Positions 1-16,617 of a stretch of 55,213 nt of DNA are shown one piece after another. Below the pieces are notes generated by a model. The model was not told the origin of the DNA. It saw only the letters and a program-made list of their open reading frames with translations, and searched no databases. The stretch's first letter is position 1. Every line of letters starts with the position of its first letter. Position numbers and translations under genes: made by a program. Source of the stretch: Tubiluchus corallicola (lineage: Eukaryota; Animalia; Priapulida). The stretch is taken from NCBI GenBank assembly GCA_030141605.1, contig JAQGDQ010001210.1:1-55213 (forward strand). Reading direction: 5' to 3'.

Positions 1-245
1 AAGAAATTAAGAGTCTAGTTCTACGATAATAGGCAGGTTTGTGTAATAAAATGTCAAAACATGGTACGTCAACATTCACAGCTTTGTGTAATAAAATGTC
101 AAAATATGGTACGTCAACATTCACACACATACCACTAGCAGAGAAACCATGTGGTTGGCTAAATCACATACATTTGTTATACGAAACTTTCAAATTTTTC
201 AAGACTTAAAATTAAAAGAAAAATGAACTGTTTTAAACCAATTAG

Positions 246-247
<2 letters not shown>

Positions 248-322
<75 letters not shown>

Positions 323-720
323 CATCATTATTATTATTTTATTATTATTATTATTATCACATTCAGTACAATATAATGACATTAAGCACACAGTGACATC
401 AAAATTATTACGTCATACTGTATTAAATTATTATGTTTCATACACTATCGTTATCATAAAAGAATAATTGTACTGCAGTGGGCTAGAGAAGCAAAGGCTT
501 GTATAAGCCCACTGTCATGTGAACCTGATAAAAAAAAATGGATGAGTGAACAAAAAAAAGAACTGGGAGAAAGGTTAGATCACACAGGAAGGGTAGAAGG
601 ATGTGTTAGTGGAAATGGTAGGAAGAAAGATAATAGATTGTGCTATGTTGACATCAGCTCTAAAGATTTATCAATGATGCCTTGTTTTGCATAATCTGTA
701 CTAGGATTGTGGTTTGACTA
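248..720 (-). mobile_element. 3' end of a LINE-like retroelement (family D) with (TAA)n tail
   Basis: 345-720 is near-identical to ~47130-47488. It contains a stem-loop (cagtgggct...agcccactg) and abuts a (TTA)n tract, which is a tail on the minus strand. Confidence 0.7.
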
Positions 721-1048
721 GGATGTACTAGGATTGTGGTATGACTAGGATGTACTAGGACTGTGGTATGACTAGGATGTACTAGGATTGTGGTTTGACT
801 AGGATGTACTAGGATTGCGGTATGACTAGGATGTACTAGGATTGCAGTATGACTAGGATGTACTAGGATTGCGGTATGACTAGGATGTACTAGGATTGTG
901 GTATGACTAGGATGTACTAGGATTGTGGTTTGACTAGGATGTACTAGGATTGCGGTATGACTAGGATGTACTAGGATTGCGGTATGACTAGGATGTACTA
1001 GGATTGCGGTATGACTAGGATGTACTAGGATTGTGGTATGACTAGGAT
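698..1048. repeat. 27-bp minisatellite, ~13 copies
   Basis: Unit gtactaggattgtggtatgactaggat recurs at 698, 725, ...; the unit derives from family D sequence at the point where this copy ends. Confidence 0.95.
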
Positions 1049-1484
1049 TAGTAGCAAAAGCTGTGTATTTGCCCCGCTATTAGGAGACCCACTTCAACAA
1101 AAACACCCAGTTGTAACCGTGACAGTCAATAAGCAGCAACCGTGATTGTCTACTTTGCACAAAATGAAGAATTTTCCCCCAATATACGAGCATCTCCAAT
1201 AGCACTGAAAGTGGGATAATTTACTCTTTTTTGTCGAAGACGAATAGTCTTATTGATCCAAATCGGTTTCATAATATCGCTAATCTAACGCAGCTCAATA
1301 AATTTCTGCACCATTTATGCCGTACGCAGAAAAGAAACCGTGTTTTGCAATAGGCGACGTCTTTTTCCGTGGCGACCTATGATCAACAGAGCCACTGCAA
1401 CGACTAACCCTCAAGTTACTTTGTCACTAACTAAGCGGGATTAGTTAATTTTAAAACATTGTTATCAATGTCAGTTGGGAATGT

Positions 1485-1955
<471 letters not shown>

Positions 1956-2090
1956 GCCGATGATAATAATAATGCAATGCTGGTATAGCTATTGTAAGTT
2001 GTTAAATATGAAATGTAAATACTGTTAACTGTTATAGCCCTGCAAATAGAGGACACATGTATATGTATGTTTTTATATACTCAAAATAAA

Positions 2091-2091
<1 letters not shown>

Positions 2092-2186
<95 letters not shown>

Positions 2187-2212
2187 TAATAATGATGATG
2201 ATGATGATGATG

Positions 2213-2263
<51 letters not shown>
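2092..2263. repeat. (AAT/GAT)n microsatellite, probable retroelement tail
   Basis: Begins directly after AATAAA (caaaataaag). Confidence 0.9.
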
Positions 2264-2783
2264 GGTCTATGACAATTAGAGAACCATGGGGGTAACAGGA
2301 ATAGGTAAGGAGGGATTACATGCATGCAGGGTTGGCAGCAGAATCGTCATCGAATAGTTAGACGGGCACTAGCACCTGCATTTTCTAAAGTCCATTAGAC
2401 AAAAACAGGTCTGTACCTCTCAATTCAGAGAGCTTTTCGTTTGTGACGTAATACACACGTTCAAGAGCTCGTGCGTGAACTCAGCGGGGTAAATTTGAAT
2501 TTTTATCTTAAAACTTGCATAGTTTTCGTACTACACACTGAATATCTTACAGTAGCACTGTACTTCAATTTTCACTTTCACAAACCCGTGCAACACGCTC
2601 GTGGAATATTTTTGCTGTTGAGTATCATGTTAGTTTGTGACGTCATCAATAGTCGGGCTCGCCTAATGTTCATTAAGATTTTAGTTGATTAGTTAATTAT
2701 CAGAAACACTTTCGCATCATTAATTGCGTTAAAATGTATACTTTTTATCAGACTTAAAAATGGGGTAGTGTATGAAAAATGTT

Positions 2784-3703
<920 letters not shown>

Positions 3704-4754
3704 ACTTTATATCTGCAAGTTCTTTACAGCATTGCTCGTAACACCTGTGTGCAAAATTCTTCCGATCCTATTGATAAATCGAACCCCTGTCTTCTACTGC
3801 TTCTCTGTTGCAACGTGAAAATGGGCGGAAATTCTATTCTCTTTTTCGTGTAAATGTTGGAGACAGAAGCTCACCAAGAGGCCCACCCAAGAGGGTAGTA
3901 AACTGAAGGACAATGGTGATTATGGCATGCAAAAAGGAATGTATAGCTACCATCCCCAACTCTCCATGCTAATTAAAATCACTGCACGCTAAAGTAATCA
4001 TTTCACTTTAATCAGTTTCAATTAACGCGCCTTGAAACACTCAAAGGATGCCGAACTACATTTTCACGTTTCATCCAGCCTAACGGATCACTAATGGAAG
4101 AAAAAAGGGATGCTGCATTTGCACATAATTGAACATATTACCTTAATGTACAGCGAAATGCTAATTAGTTACTAAATCCGTCGTGTCTACTAATTGAAGA
4201 AAATGAGCATTCATTCTCAAATGATCAAACAGGCACAGCTCTAGTTACTTCGGTAAATAGGAGAGTAAATGATGGGTAATGATGACCGTGATTATGTGTC
4301 ATTGTAGACTTTACATGTTCAAACAAATACTACAGTTTATATTATATTATATTAATTCTTTATTTGTCATAAAAATGGTTCACTCATTATGATAAAATTG
4401 AGTAAGCCTCAGCGTAATGTTAAAATAACAACACTGTTCAAGACAAATGCGTCCAGTGCATAATAAAAAAACTAAAGTGCAAAACTAAGGCCTAATTATA
4501 TACAATAAATGAACATATTTACAAACACCATATTAAAATATTTTTACAAAACAATATTACAAAAGTACATTAAATTTTACATGACATATTTTACACTATA
4601 TATACATTTGACATGACACAATTAACAGAAACATACCTTACATTACATAAATTTCACTCATTACATTTACACTATTTATACATTTGACATTACAAAACTA
4701 ACATAACACGTATTACATTACATAATTTTTTTTAAAAAATTTTCATTTTAATCG

Positions 4755-4958
4755 TTATATGGAGTTTCCCAAAGAGCCGAGGAAGCAAATAGGAATGAAT
4801 ATAGAATTCAGTGCTTTGATATTGTCCTTATTTTGAGTATTCATTCTTTGCAACTGTGCAGCGAATATTGTAGACTGTGCATTAATATGTGATGATGATT
4901 TATCAACACAAGCTTTCTCGAATCTTTCATAATTATAGAACTTGAGCCTTCGTTTCAC
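4755..4958 (-). pseudogene. possible hAT (DUF4371-type) transposase relic
   Basis: Translation ERFEK..SSSHINA...NIKALNSIFIPICFLGSLG resembles the N-terminal region of hAT transposases. 4814-4867 is duplicated at 5605-5658. Confidence 0.3.
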
Positions 4959-5319
4959 TAAAATTCGAGCTGATAATCCTATAAATTTAGATTTGATATC
5001 TTAGATTTTAACATTCTTACACGATTGCATATCTTTGCTTCATTATATTTTGTTTGAGTGTATTATACATAATTTGCTTCTTTCACTGATTTATTATTTA
5101 TGTTTTTTTTGTTTTTTTTTTTTTGGTTTGACTTTTTTCTAGTTTTTTGTTTTAATCGCTTAGTCAAATGCTTTACATATTTTGTTAATCATCATTTCAT
5201 ATTTTTCATTTTATTTCTTTATTGCATAGCTTACTTAGTTATTTCACTTTCATGTTTAATGTATCCCCCCCCCATAAATTCATGTTAACAGCAGCACTAC
5301 AAATTTTTTACAATTTTCA

Positions 5320-5590
5320 CTAACCTGAGAAGGGTAGCTGACTCGATGACCAATTGGTCTTCCGCTACCCCTCTTACCTCTTTCCTTTATGCTTAATTCA
5401 TCCTTTTTAATCAATAACTAAAAAAATAATAGTCAATTTGTATACAGGTGTAAATGAGGAGATAAATAAAAAATGTCTATGTCTATGTCTATGTCTATGT
5501 CTATGTCTATGTCTATGTCTATGTCTATGTCTATGTCTATGTCTATGTCTATGTCTATGTCTATGTCTATGTCTATGTCTATGTCTATCT
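5320..5590 (+). mobile_element. LINE-like 3' end with (ATGTCT)n tail
   Basis: Stem-loop agaagggtagc...gctacccctct, then AATAAA at ~5465 immediately followed by (ATGTCT)n. Confidence 0.55.
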
Positions 5591-5894
5591 AACAAAGTCA
5601 AGTCCTTTGATATTGCCCTTATTTTGAGTATTCATTCTTTGCAACTGTGCAGCGAATACGTCCTTAAGAAATACAATATACCCACGGATATATTAATTAA
5701 ATCATAGTTTTTTTTGTGTATGGTTGTAAATATGTTTGATTTTATACGTCGTTACTTTCCATTACTGCACAGTAGTTTAGATTGCACTGACGCATTTGCC
5801 TTTAGCAGTGTAAGTTTTTATTAACTAACACTGATTGATCATCTCTGTAAAGTTTTTATCAGTGTTTATCAATGTATTTTAATGGCAAATAAAG

Positions 5895-5933
<39 letters not shown>

Positions 5934-6239
5934 ATATAGACTGATCCTTAATGACAAGAACAGTGATAACGAATAAAAAAATTATAGTGAAACAATTCGA
6001 AAACAAGACACCAGAAACAGATATGCATGTTACAAACCCTGGGGATTAGAAACAAAGAACACCAAAAAAAAAGATTGATAAATACTGAAAAGATCAGATT
6101 ACTGAAAGATCAGATTACTGAACTTTCTGTCGCGAATACAGGTCTGAACTGCTATGCGAGTTACTGTCGACAAGTTATTCCATACTCTCCGATAGAGTTG
6201 CTGAGAGCTGAGTTACTTTCTAGTGTGAACGCTTCATTG

Positions 6240-6603
6240 AGTTACTCGTGACACTTTTCGCAGCGAGCAGAGCAGTGAGTGTCAGCTCGTGGTTACTGTC
6301 GGAGAGTAACTCGCAGCAAGTTTTGCTCTCTATCTCTCTTGCGAGTTACTTGGTGAGTTACTCTCGACACTTTTCGCAGCGAGCAGAGAAGTGAGTGTCA
6401 GCTCGTGGTTACTGTCGGAGAGTAACTCGCAGCAAGTTTTGCTCTCTATCTCTCTTGCGAGTTACTTGGTGAGTTACTCGTGACACTTCTCGCAGCGAGC
6501 AGAGCAGTGAGTGTCAGCTCGTGGTTACTGTCGGAGAGTAACTCGCAGCAAGTTTTGCTTTCTAGTGTGAACACGCTTGCGAGTTACTTGGTGAGTTACT
6601 CGC
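6240..6603. repeat. 116-bp tandem repeat, ~3 copies, internally palindromic
   Basis: gacactt(t/c)tcgcagcgagcagag recurs at 6251, 6367 and 6483; multiple gagttact/agtaactc inverted motifs. Confidence 0.9.
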
Positions 6604-7019
6604 TAGTCGGAACGTCTCGCAATGGTTAAAACAAGCGTGTGCATTAGCCCGCATACGATTTACCACGAAAACTGCTACATAAGAATAAAGGTACTGCTAA
6701 TCTATTACTATGTTCGTGAACTCGGGCACATCAGTTTTAATTTAAAAGCATTTATTTCTGACTTTTTCAACCTCGATTTCATTTAAATAACGTATTCTTA
6801 GATTTGGGTATCATAATTAATTAGTTAATTAATTAATATGGGAAGGTGGTGAAACTTACACTGCAATGCATGAAAAACTAATAATAGCCATCATTTAAAG
6901 TTGGCTTGAAATTCAACAGACAACACAAACCTGCCATGAAGCTTTTATCACCGACTGTAAATAACAACCTACAACTACATAACGGAGACCATTATTACCC
7001 CACTTTTACCCTAAAACCA

Positions 7020-7100
7020 CGCGCCAGGCAGGGCAACAGCAGGTACCATTTTTAAAGTCTTTGGTATGACTCAGCGGACGTTACCACTAAACAGTACCGT
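7020..7100 (-). mobile_element. tRNA-derived SINE fragment with Meta/MESC-like core
   Basis: caggtaccatttttaaagtctttggtatgactc followed by gcggacgttaccactaa resembles the reverse strand of Meta-domain SINE heads, with the B-box region deleted. Recognised from memory only. Confidence 0.5.
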
Positions 7101-7109
7101 CTGGTCTAT

Positions 7110-7432
<323 letters not shown>

Positions 7433-7841
7433 TTCTTTATTTTACTGCATTACATGTAGATATTTCTGGAAATAAATCATCTCCTTCACGAAGCCAAGTA
7501 AATTCCGGGCTATCTGCTTTTAATCTTCACTCGACATGCAGATTGTCTCAGGTGCGCCTTGGCTTCTTGCATAAAGACGATTAACTAACATATAAATGCA
7601 GATTATCTGCCTGGTTTGGCTTGATTTTGCTCGGTCTTGAGGACGTAAATGCCAGCTACTTACGAACTTAAAGACCTTCATGCAACAGACCTGCTCGTAA
7701 GACGACACTAGATGTCATTACTGTAAGCTTTGCGTAGGTGTTTTAAATCTGTAAGCTGAATAATATCAGGTGAGATAATGTATTATGTAATAGGGCAATG
7801 AATTTTTGTATTGCTTTGTCAATGTCATTAGCCTTGCACCT

Positions 7842-8318
7842 GAGATGCTGCGAGATGCTGGGAGGTGCTGTGAGATGCTGCAAGATGCTGTGCGATGCTG
7901 GGGGTGCTGTGAGAGGCTGCGAGATGCTGTGCGATGCTGGGAGGTGCTGTGAGATGCTGCGAGATGATGTGCGATGCTGCGAACTTCTGTGAGATGATGC
8001 GTGATGCTGTGAGATGCTGTGAGATGCTGCGAGATGCTGCGAGATGCTGCGAGATGCTGTGAGATGCTGGGGGGTGCTGTGAGAGGCTGCGAGATGCTGT
8101 GCGTTGCTGGGAGGTGCTGTGAGATGCTGCGAGATGCTGTGCGATGCAGCGAACTTCTGTGAGATGCTGGCGGTGCTGTGAGATGCTTCGAGATGCTGGG
8201 AGGTGCTGTGAGATGCTGCGAGATGCTGTGAGATGCTGGCAGTGCTGTGAGATGCTGCGAGATGCTGCGAGATGCTGGGGGGTGCTGGAGATGCTGTGAG
8301 ATGCTACGAGATGCTGGG
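7842..8318. repeat. 10-bp minisatellite (GAGATGCTG[T/C])n
   Basis: Direct inspection. Confidence 0.93.
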
Positions 8319-8536
8319 AAGTGAGTTGAACGACGATAGATATCATATGTACGTGTAATTTTTAACATTCTCAATGTTCTGTTTGGTTTTATTTTGAATT
8401 TTGCTAATTTTTTAACCAAGAATCTGAAAATACAAGAAAATATTAAGACATCAGACATTTTTCGCCAGAATTCCTTTGTAAAAAATTTCTCCTACCCGCG
8501 TGCAGAACCCTAAATTTTAAAACAGTTAGAAATTAA

Positions 8537-8670
8537 AGGAAAAGAAACACTCTCCGTGAATAAGGCTTATAAATTTTGTATCACTTACATGCTGTCTTAT
8601 TGCATACCGAGCTTGCATTGGCAGTAATGCTGTATAAAACTTTTAAATTTAAACTGCCGCAATGACATAT
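8537..8670 (+). mobile_element. Kolobok-like non-autonomous element, family A (left end)
   Basis: TTAA|AGGAAAAGAAAC terminus followed by the core ttacatgctgtcttattgcata..agcttgc..gcagtaa shared with six other copies in the window. Confidence 0.6.
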
Positions 8671-9344
8671 TGCAGTATGCGTGTGCATGTGCGTGTTTGG
8701 ATATATGCGTGTGCGTCTGCGTGTTTGCATGTATGCATGTGCGCGCGCGTGCGCGTCTCCGCGTGTGCGCCTGCGTGTTTGTACGCGAGCGTGCGTGTGC
8801 GTCTGCGTCTGCGCGTGTGCGTGTCCATGTGTGCGTATAAATATGTCGTCAAACACGTATAGTAATTCTGTCTTTAGCAGTAATTTCTTTGTTGAACATT
8901 TCTTACTGGAATTATTGAAAAAATGATTACTTTTCGAAATCTGATTCAACATAATTAAGCTAATTATATTAATGGTACAGTAGCAACAGTAAAACACTGC
9001 TTTTAATCGATCTCAATGGCGCCACGCAATAATGACGAAGTTGAAAAAAAGAACCAAGAAAGCCTTTTGTCGAAGGACGTTTGCAAATCTTTTTGCCACT
9101 GATTATGAATAAATCTGATTAAGCCAGTTGGGCTTAAACTATTGCAAAGCGTTGAATGGCTGATGCTTTGCCTAAATCTCTCTCTCGTCGTTGGCCAACT
9201 GCCTGACTAACTATCTGACTAACTATCTGACAAATAGAACGTTAACTTAAATTAATTTAAATATTCCTTTTACCTGTGATATTTCCTGCATTTCTTTTAA
9301 TTAACTTAGTTTAAGTCAGTAATTGTGCATGTAAGTAATAAGTG

Positions 9345-9411
9345 ATGGAGTGAGTGAGTGAGTGGGTGAGCGTGTGAGTGAGTGAGTCAGTTAGTCAGTC
9401 AGTAGGTAAGA

Positions 9412-9457
<46 letters not shown>

Positions 9458-9832
9458 TTGTGTATGTAGGTAACAAGTGATTGAGTGAGTGAGTGAGTGA
9501 GCGTGTGAGTGAGTCAGTCAGTAGGTAAGAAAGTAAGTAAGTAATTGTGTATGTAAGTAATAAGTGATGGAGTGAGCGTGTGAGTGAGTGAGTGAGTCAT
9601 TTAGTCAGTCAGTAGGTAAGAAAGTAAGTAAATAAGTAATGTAACTGTGTATGTAAGTAATAAGTGATGGAGTGAGTGAACAAATGAGTGAGTGAAACAG
9701 TGAATGAGTGAGTGAGTAAATCAGTGAGTGAGTGAGTGAGTGAGTGAGTGAGTGAGTGAGTGAGTGAGTGAGTGACTGAGTAAGTGAGTGAGTCAGTCAG
9801 TCAGTCAGTCAGCCAATAGGTAAGTAAGTAAG
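9345..9832. repeat. compound (GTGA)/(GTCA)/(GTAA)n repeat with higher-order blocks
   Basis: taattgtgtatgtaagtaataagtgatggag block recurs between the tetranucleotide runs. Confidence 0.9.
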
Positions 9833-9999
9833 CAGTAAGTGAGACAGTCCGTAAAAGAGCAAGCAAGCATAAGTCAGTTAACTGGTCGCTTAGATCCGTT
9901 CACACTATGTGGCCTCCAATCAATTATAATGCTATTTTAATATAGCTCTATGTAAATTAAATATTTCTATGTAAATTAAACATACACTGTGGTCGTTTC

Positions 10000-10365
10000 T
10001 TCTCCTCTTTTCCTTCTTCCTATCCCTAATCTTACTATTTTTTCCATTCCATCATGTCTACTAACCCTAACCATTCTTTCATTCACTCATCCTCTCCTCC
10101 CTTCCTTCTTCCTCTCCCTAATCTTACTATTTTTCCATTCCATCATGTCTACTAACCCTAACCATTCTTTCATTCACTCATCCTCTCCTCCCTTCCTTCT
10201 TCCTATCCCTAATCTTACTATTTTTCCATTCCATCATGTCTACTAACCCTAACCATTCTTTCATTCACTCATCCTCTCCTCCCTTCCTTCTTCCTCTCCC
10301 TAATCTTACTATTTTTTCCATTCCATCATTTCTTCTGACCCTAACCATTCTTTCATTCACTCATT
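10000..10365. repeat. ~92-bp pyrimidine-rich tandem repeat, ~4 copies
   Basis: taatcttact recurs at 10027, 10118, 10210 and 10301. Confidence 0.9.
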
Positions 10366-10366
10366 T

Positions 10367-11657
<1,291 letters not shown>

Positions 11658-12520
11658 TTCACATCTGACCACAAGTGTCGTTTATGTTCTTATTTAGAAC
11701 TGATTCTAGTGAAGAAAAAGTTAAAATGTACAGAAAGTAATTAATAGATTAGTTGATACTGAAGCTGGTTTAGGATCCGTACTAACAGAAGAAGTGAAAG
11801 TTGCCTAATGACTTGGTATTTTGGGAAATTCTTTGCAAGGTAAATGCAGTCCAAAGTTTATACTAGATTTGCTCTTCTGTTTAGGGCATCACACACTGCA
11901 GGGGTGCTCAGACCTACTCCTCCACGTGACGTCACAATCCATGGAGGTCTCGGATTTTTTAACCTTTCCTGTTTTGGGCAGTTAAACTCGTGACTATGTT
12001 GGATCCCAATAAGAGTTTTGGTTTGCACTTTAGCGACATCCTGTACATATTACCCCAATTCGGAAAGGCCCTACGGACTTTGCTTAGCTTAGGGCCTCAC
12101 TGAGTCTAAATCTGGCTTAAGCAGAGATGCAAAATGCCTGAAAGATTATTTGTGACCACGTGACCTGGATTTGTTCAATAACACAGTGCCTCAAGCTTAA
12201 AGAACGCAGTTGGAAGTTGATAAGCTACTGGTGGGTGGAGATCAAAAATCTTCGTTTACAAATTGAAAAAATGTGGTCATCATTGCGTGGAAGTTCCTCT
12301 TACAAATTTCCTCTCAGTTGGTGACAAAATCCTGCCTTGTATGACGCCAGCGCCACAGCTGTTCGTTTGATCCGTAGTTAAGAACTGGCTTCCTTAATTA
12401 ACCAAGGGGCCTGAAGCCAAACTATTTCTGCTTTTTTCTGGCATGTGGTTTTTCTCCTGACGTTGTGAGTGGTCAGCAGCTGCGTGAGTTTTGCACTGCC
12501 CACAGGTTTGAAGTTTCGGT

Positions 12521-13214
12521 CAGTAAACCAGTACGTCTGCACACCAGCTAGTCTAATAGTTAAGCCAATGACGGCTTCCATAAACATGATCATAACCTTT
12601 GACCTACAGTAAACCAGTACGTCTGCACACCAGCTAGACAAATAGTTAAGGAAATGATGGCTTCCAAAAACATGATCGTAACCTTTGAACTACAGTAAAC
12701 CACTACGTCTGCACACCAGCTAGACAAATAGTTAAGCTAATGATGGCTTCCATAAACATGGTCGTAACCTTTGACCTACAGTAAACCAGTACGTCTGCAC
12801 ATCAGCTAGTCAAATAGTTAATCCAATGATGGCATCCATAAACATGATCATAACCTTTGACCTACAGTAAACCAGTACGTCTGTACACCAGCTAGTCAAA
12901 TAGTTAATCCAATGATGGCATCCATAAACATGATCATAACCTTTGACCTACAGTAAACCATTACGTCTGCACACCAGCTAGTCAAATAGTTAATCTAATG
13001 GCGGCTTCCATAAACATGATCATAACCTTTGACCTACAGTAAACCAGTACGTCTGCACATCAGCTAGTCAAATAGTTAATCCAATGATGGCTTCCATAAA
13101 CATGATCGTAACCTTTGACCTACAGTAAACCAGTACGTCTGCACACCAGCTAGTTAAATAGTTAATCCAATGACGGCTTCCATAAGCATGATCGTAACCT
13201 TTGACCTACAGTAA
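12521..13214. repeat. 86-bp minisatellite, 8 copies
   Basis: cagtaaacc recurs at 12521, 12607, 12693, ...; units contain taacctttgacct (one has taacctttgaact). Confidence 0.96.
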
Positions 13215-14159
13215 CTGAGCGTGAAAAGCGAAACCGTAAAAAGACTTTATGTGCTGCAAACTTTGATTTGAGGTTTCCCATATTGGTTTTTTGTCTTTTG
13301 GTTAAAGGTGTTTACCGGAAGTGGTGCTGACAAGCCACTGGCGTGGCAGTGTCTAGTTTTTTTTTGCTGGATTACTGCTGCGTTTACCTGTCTGAAGGCA
13401 GATTTCTTTTATTTTAGAGTTCTGCCTGTCCTATGTCTACAATAGACGTGACGGGCGTATGATGATGATGATGATGATAATGATGATGATGATGATGATG
13501 ATAATGATGATGATGATGATGATGATGATGATACACGTCGAATTAGTTCAAATTTTTATTAATGTAATGTATACGGCGTGTGATGACGACGATGATGAAG
13601 ATGATGATGATGGATGATGATGATGATGATGATGATTAAAGTTGAATTTTGCAGTGAAATTGTTTCTGTAACTTCGATAATGCAAGCTAATTTTAATTTA
13701 ATTGCCAATCTTGTACCTCTGAAACGTTCGGTAATTCTAGTTTTGAGTCAACAAACATTAAAGAGAGTTAATTTCATCTTCACTAAGAGCATCTTGATAT
13801 CAAAAAGTTATCAAATTCCATTTTATGTTTTTATGTCTTCAAAAACGCGATAAAATTGAACCATAATTCCTAAAATCCTCTGGCAAAGGAATTATAAACT
13901 GGGGTAAGAGACCGTAATATTAAATTATTTTTCATAATGAAAAGCAATAAAGACTGAGATAATGAGGTTTTATTGCTCACAAGATGGCTGTTTAACGTGT
14001 GAAAAATGTAATTAAACACGACGTAATTATAATTTAACTAAGCGAATTAATAGACGTTAATTAAACCAGGGCTGGTGTAAACAGATGAAAGCGTGGCTTC
14101 TTTCTGCGCTCAATGAATCTCGGTTAGTGTGATTAACAGAATGTGGAATGTTTCAACAG

Positions 14160-15446
<1,287 letters not shown>

Positions 15447-15699
15447 ACTAAGGCAGAATTCAGTGAATAATTTCTGTTCTTGCATTTTATGCAAAACGGT
15501 CATTCCTAATCGATTTAAATACATAACTCTCTTTTACTCAAAAAGCCTCCCTCCTGACTAAATAGGTTTTGTATCAAATAAGACATCGGCTGGTTACATC
15601 AGATATCAATAACTGATCACCTTCTTGTTGTCTTACAGTCTGTCATTATTGACTTGTTCCCCAGGAAAAGCTAGACCTTGCCCTCCATTCTTACTTTAA

Positions 15700-16060
15700 A
15701 GCATTACTCACAAAAAAAGCTTTTACGTCTTTTGCATGCTGTCTTGTTGCACACAGAGCTTGTGTTAGCAGTAACGCTATAGATCGTAAGTTTAAATTCC
15801 TGTGATGGCCGTTAACTTCACCCCCCCCCCCCCGCCCGTGCGCTGCCATTTTGACGACAAATCATTTGAAACGTGTTTAGATAAGCATTTGTAGCATACG
15901 TGTTTAGATAAGCATTTGTAGCATACGTTTTTAGATAAGCATTCGTAGCACACGTGTTTAGACAAGCATTCGTAGCATACGTGTTTAGATAAGCATTGGT
16001 AGCACACACGTTACTAAGTAAAATTTTAAATTACTGTATCTTGTCAATAATGTCAAATAT
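15700..16060 (+). mobile_element. family A Kolobok-like element with internal 27-bp array (15871-16007)
   Basis: Shares the core gcatgctgtcttgttgcacacagagcttg; unit acgtgtttagataagcatttgtagcat x5. Confidence 0.65.
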
Positions 16061-16617
16061 CTGTTTGTGGTTTTGGGGAGATTATTACTAAATATTTCGA
16101 GTTACATAAGTCTTTCATGCATTATTTGGATGTACTTTAAAATTGCCTGTTCTTCTCCTTTAACTACGATCTTGAAAACCATTCTAAATTGTTACAAAAA
16201 GAAGCCTTCGGGCTGCAAAAAGATAACAGCATTTTCAATGAAGCCCTGCCTGGCTTCTTTCAAAAACTTTGTAAACCTTCCTGCTGTAAGGTTTTTGTCT
16301 GACGATTCTGATGTGTTTTTGATGAAAGCGGGAACAGCTACAAGACCGATCCGTTTAATTAGAACCGATTTTCAAAACCGGATGTGAATAATTGCGTTTG
16401 CTTCCCTGAAGCGGAAGCCAAGCTGTTTAACGGCTGGATGGATGCGAACAGGGGCGTATCAAGGCCTGTTAGTTCTGTCCCGTCCGTCTCTATTGTGAAT
16501 TTATGGTAGTTTATATAATGAGAAGTTTAAGCAATTACTTGTGGTGTGTTAGAAACACTACTAACCTTGTTTGTACGTGGTCATTTTTAATTACATGTAT
16601 TTGCATAGCGCTTGGTA

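Noticed and set aside
10064-10350. taaccctaacc telomere-like motifs
   Set aside because: Under two units per copy, inside a 92-bp repeat; not an interstitial telomere array.
16067-16387. 106-aa non-repetitive ORF
   Set aside because: No recognisable motif, and the opposite-strand frames contain stops; possibly decayed TE coding sequence.
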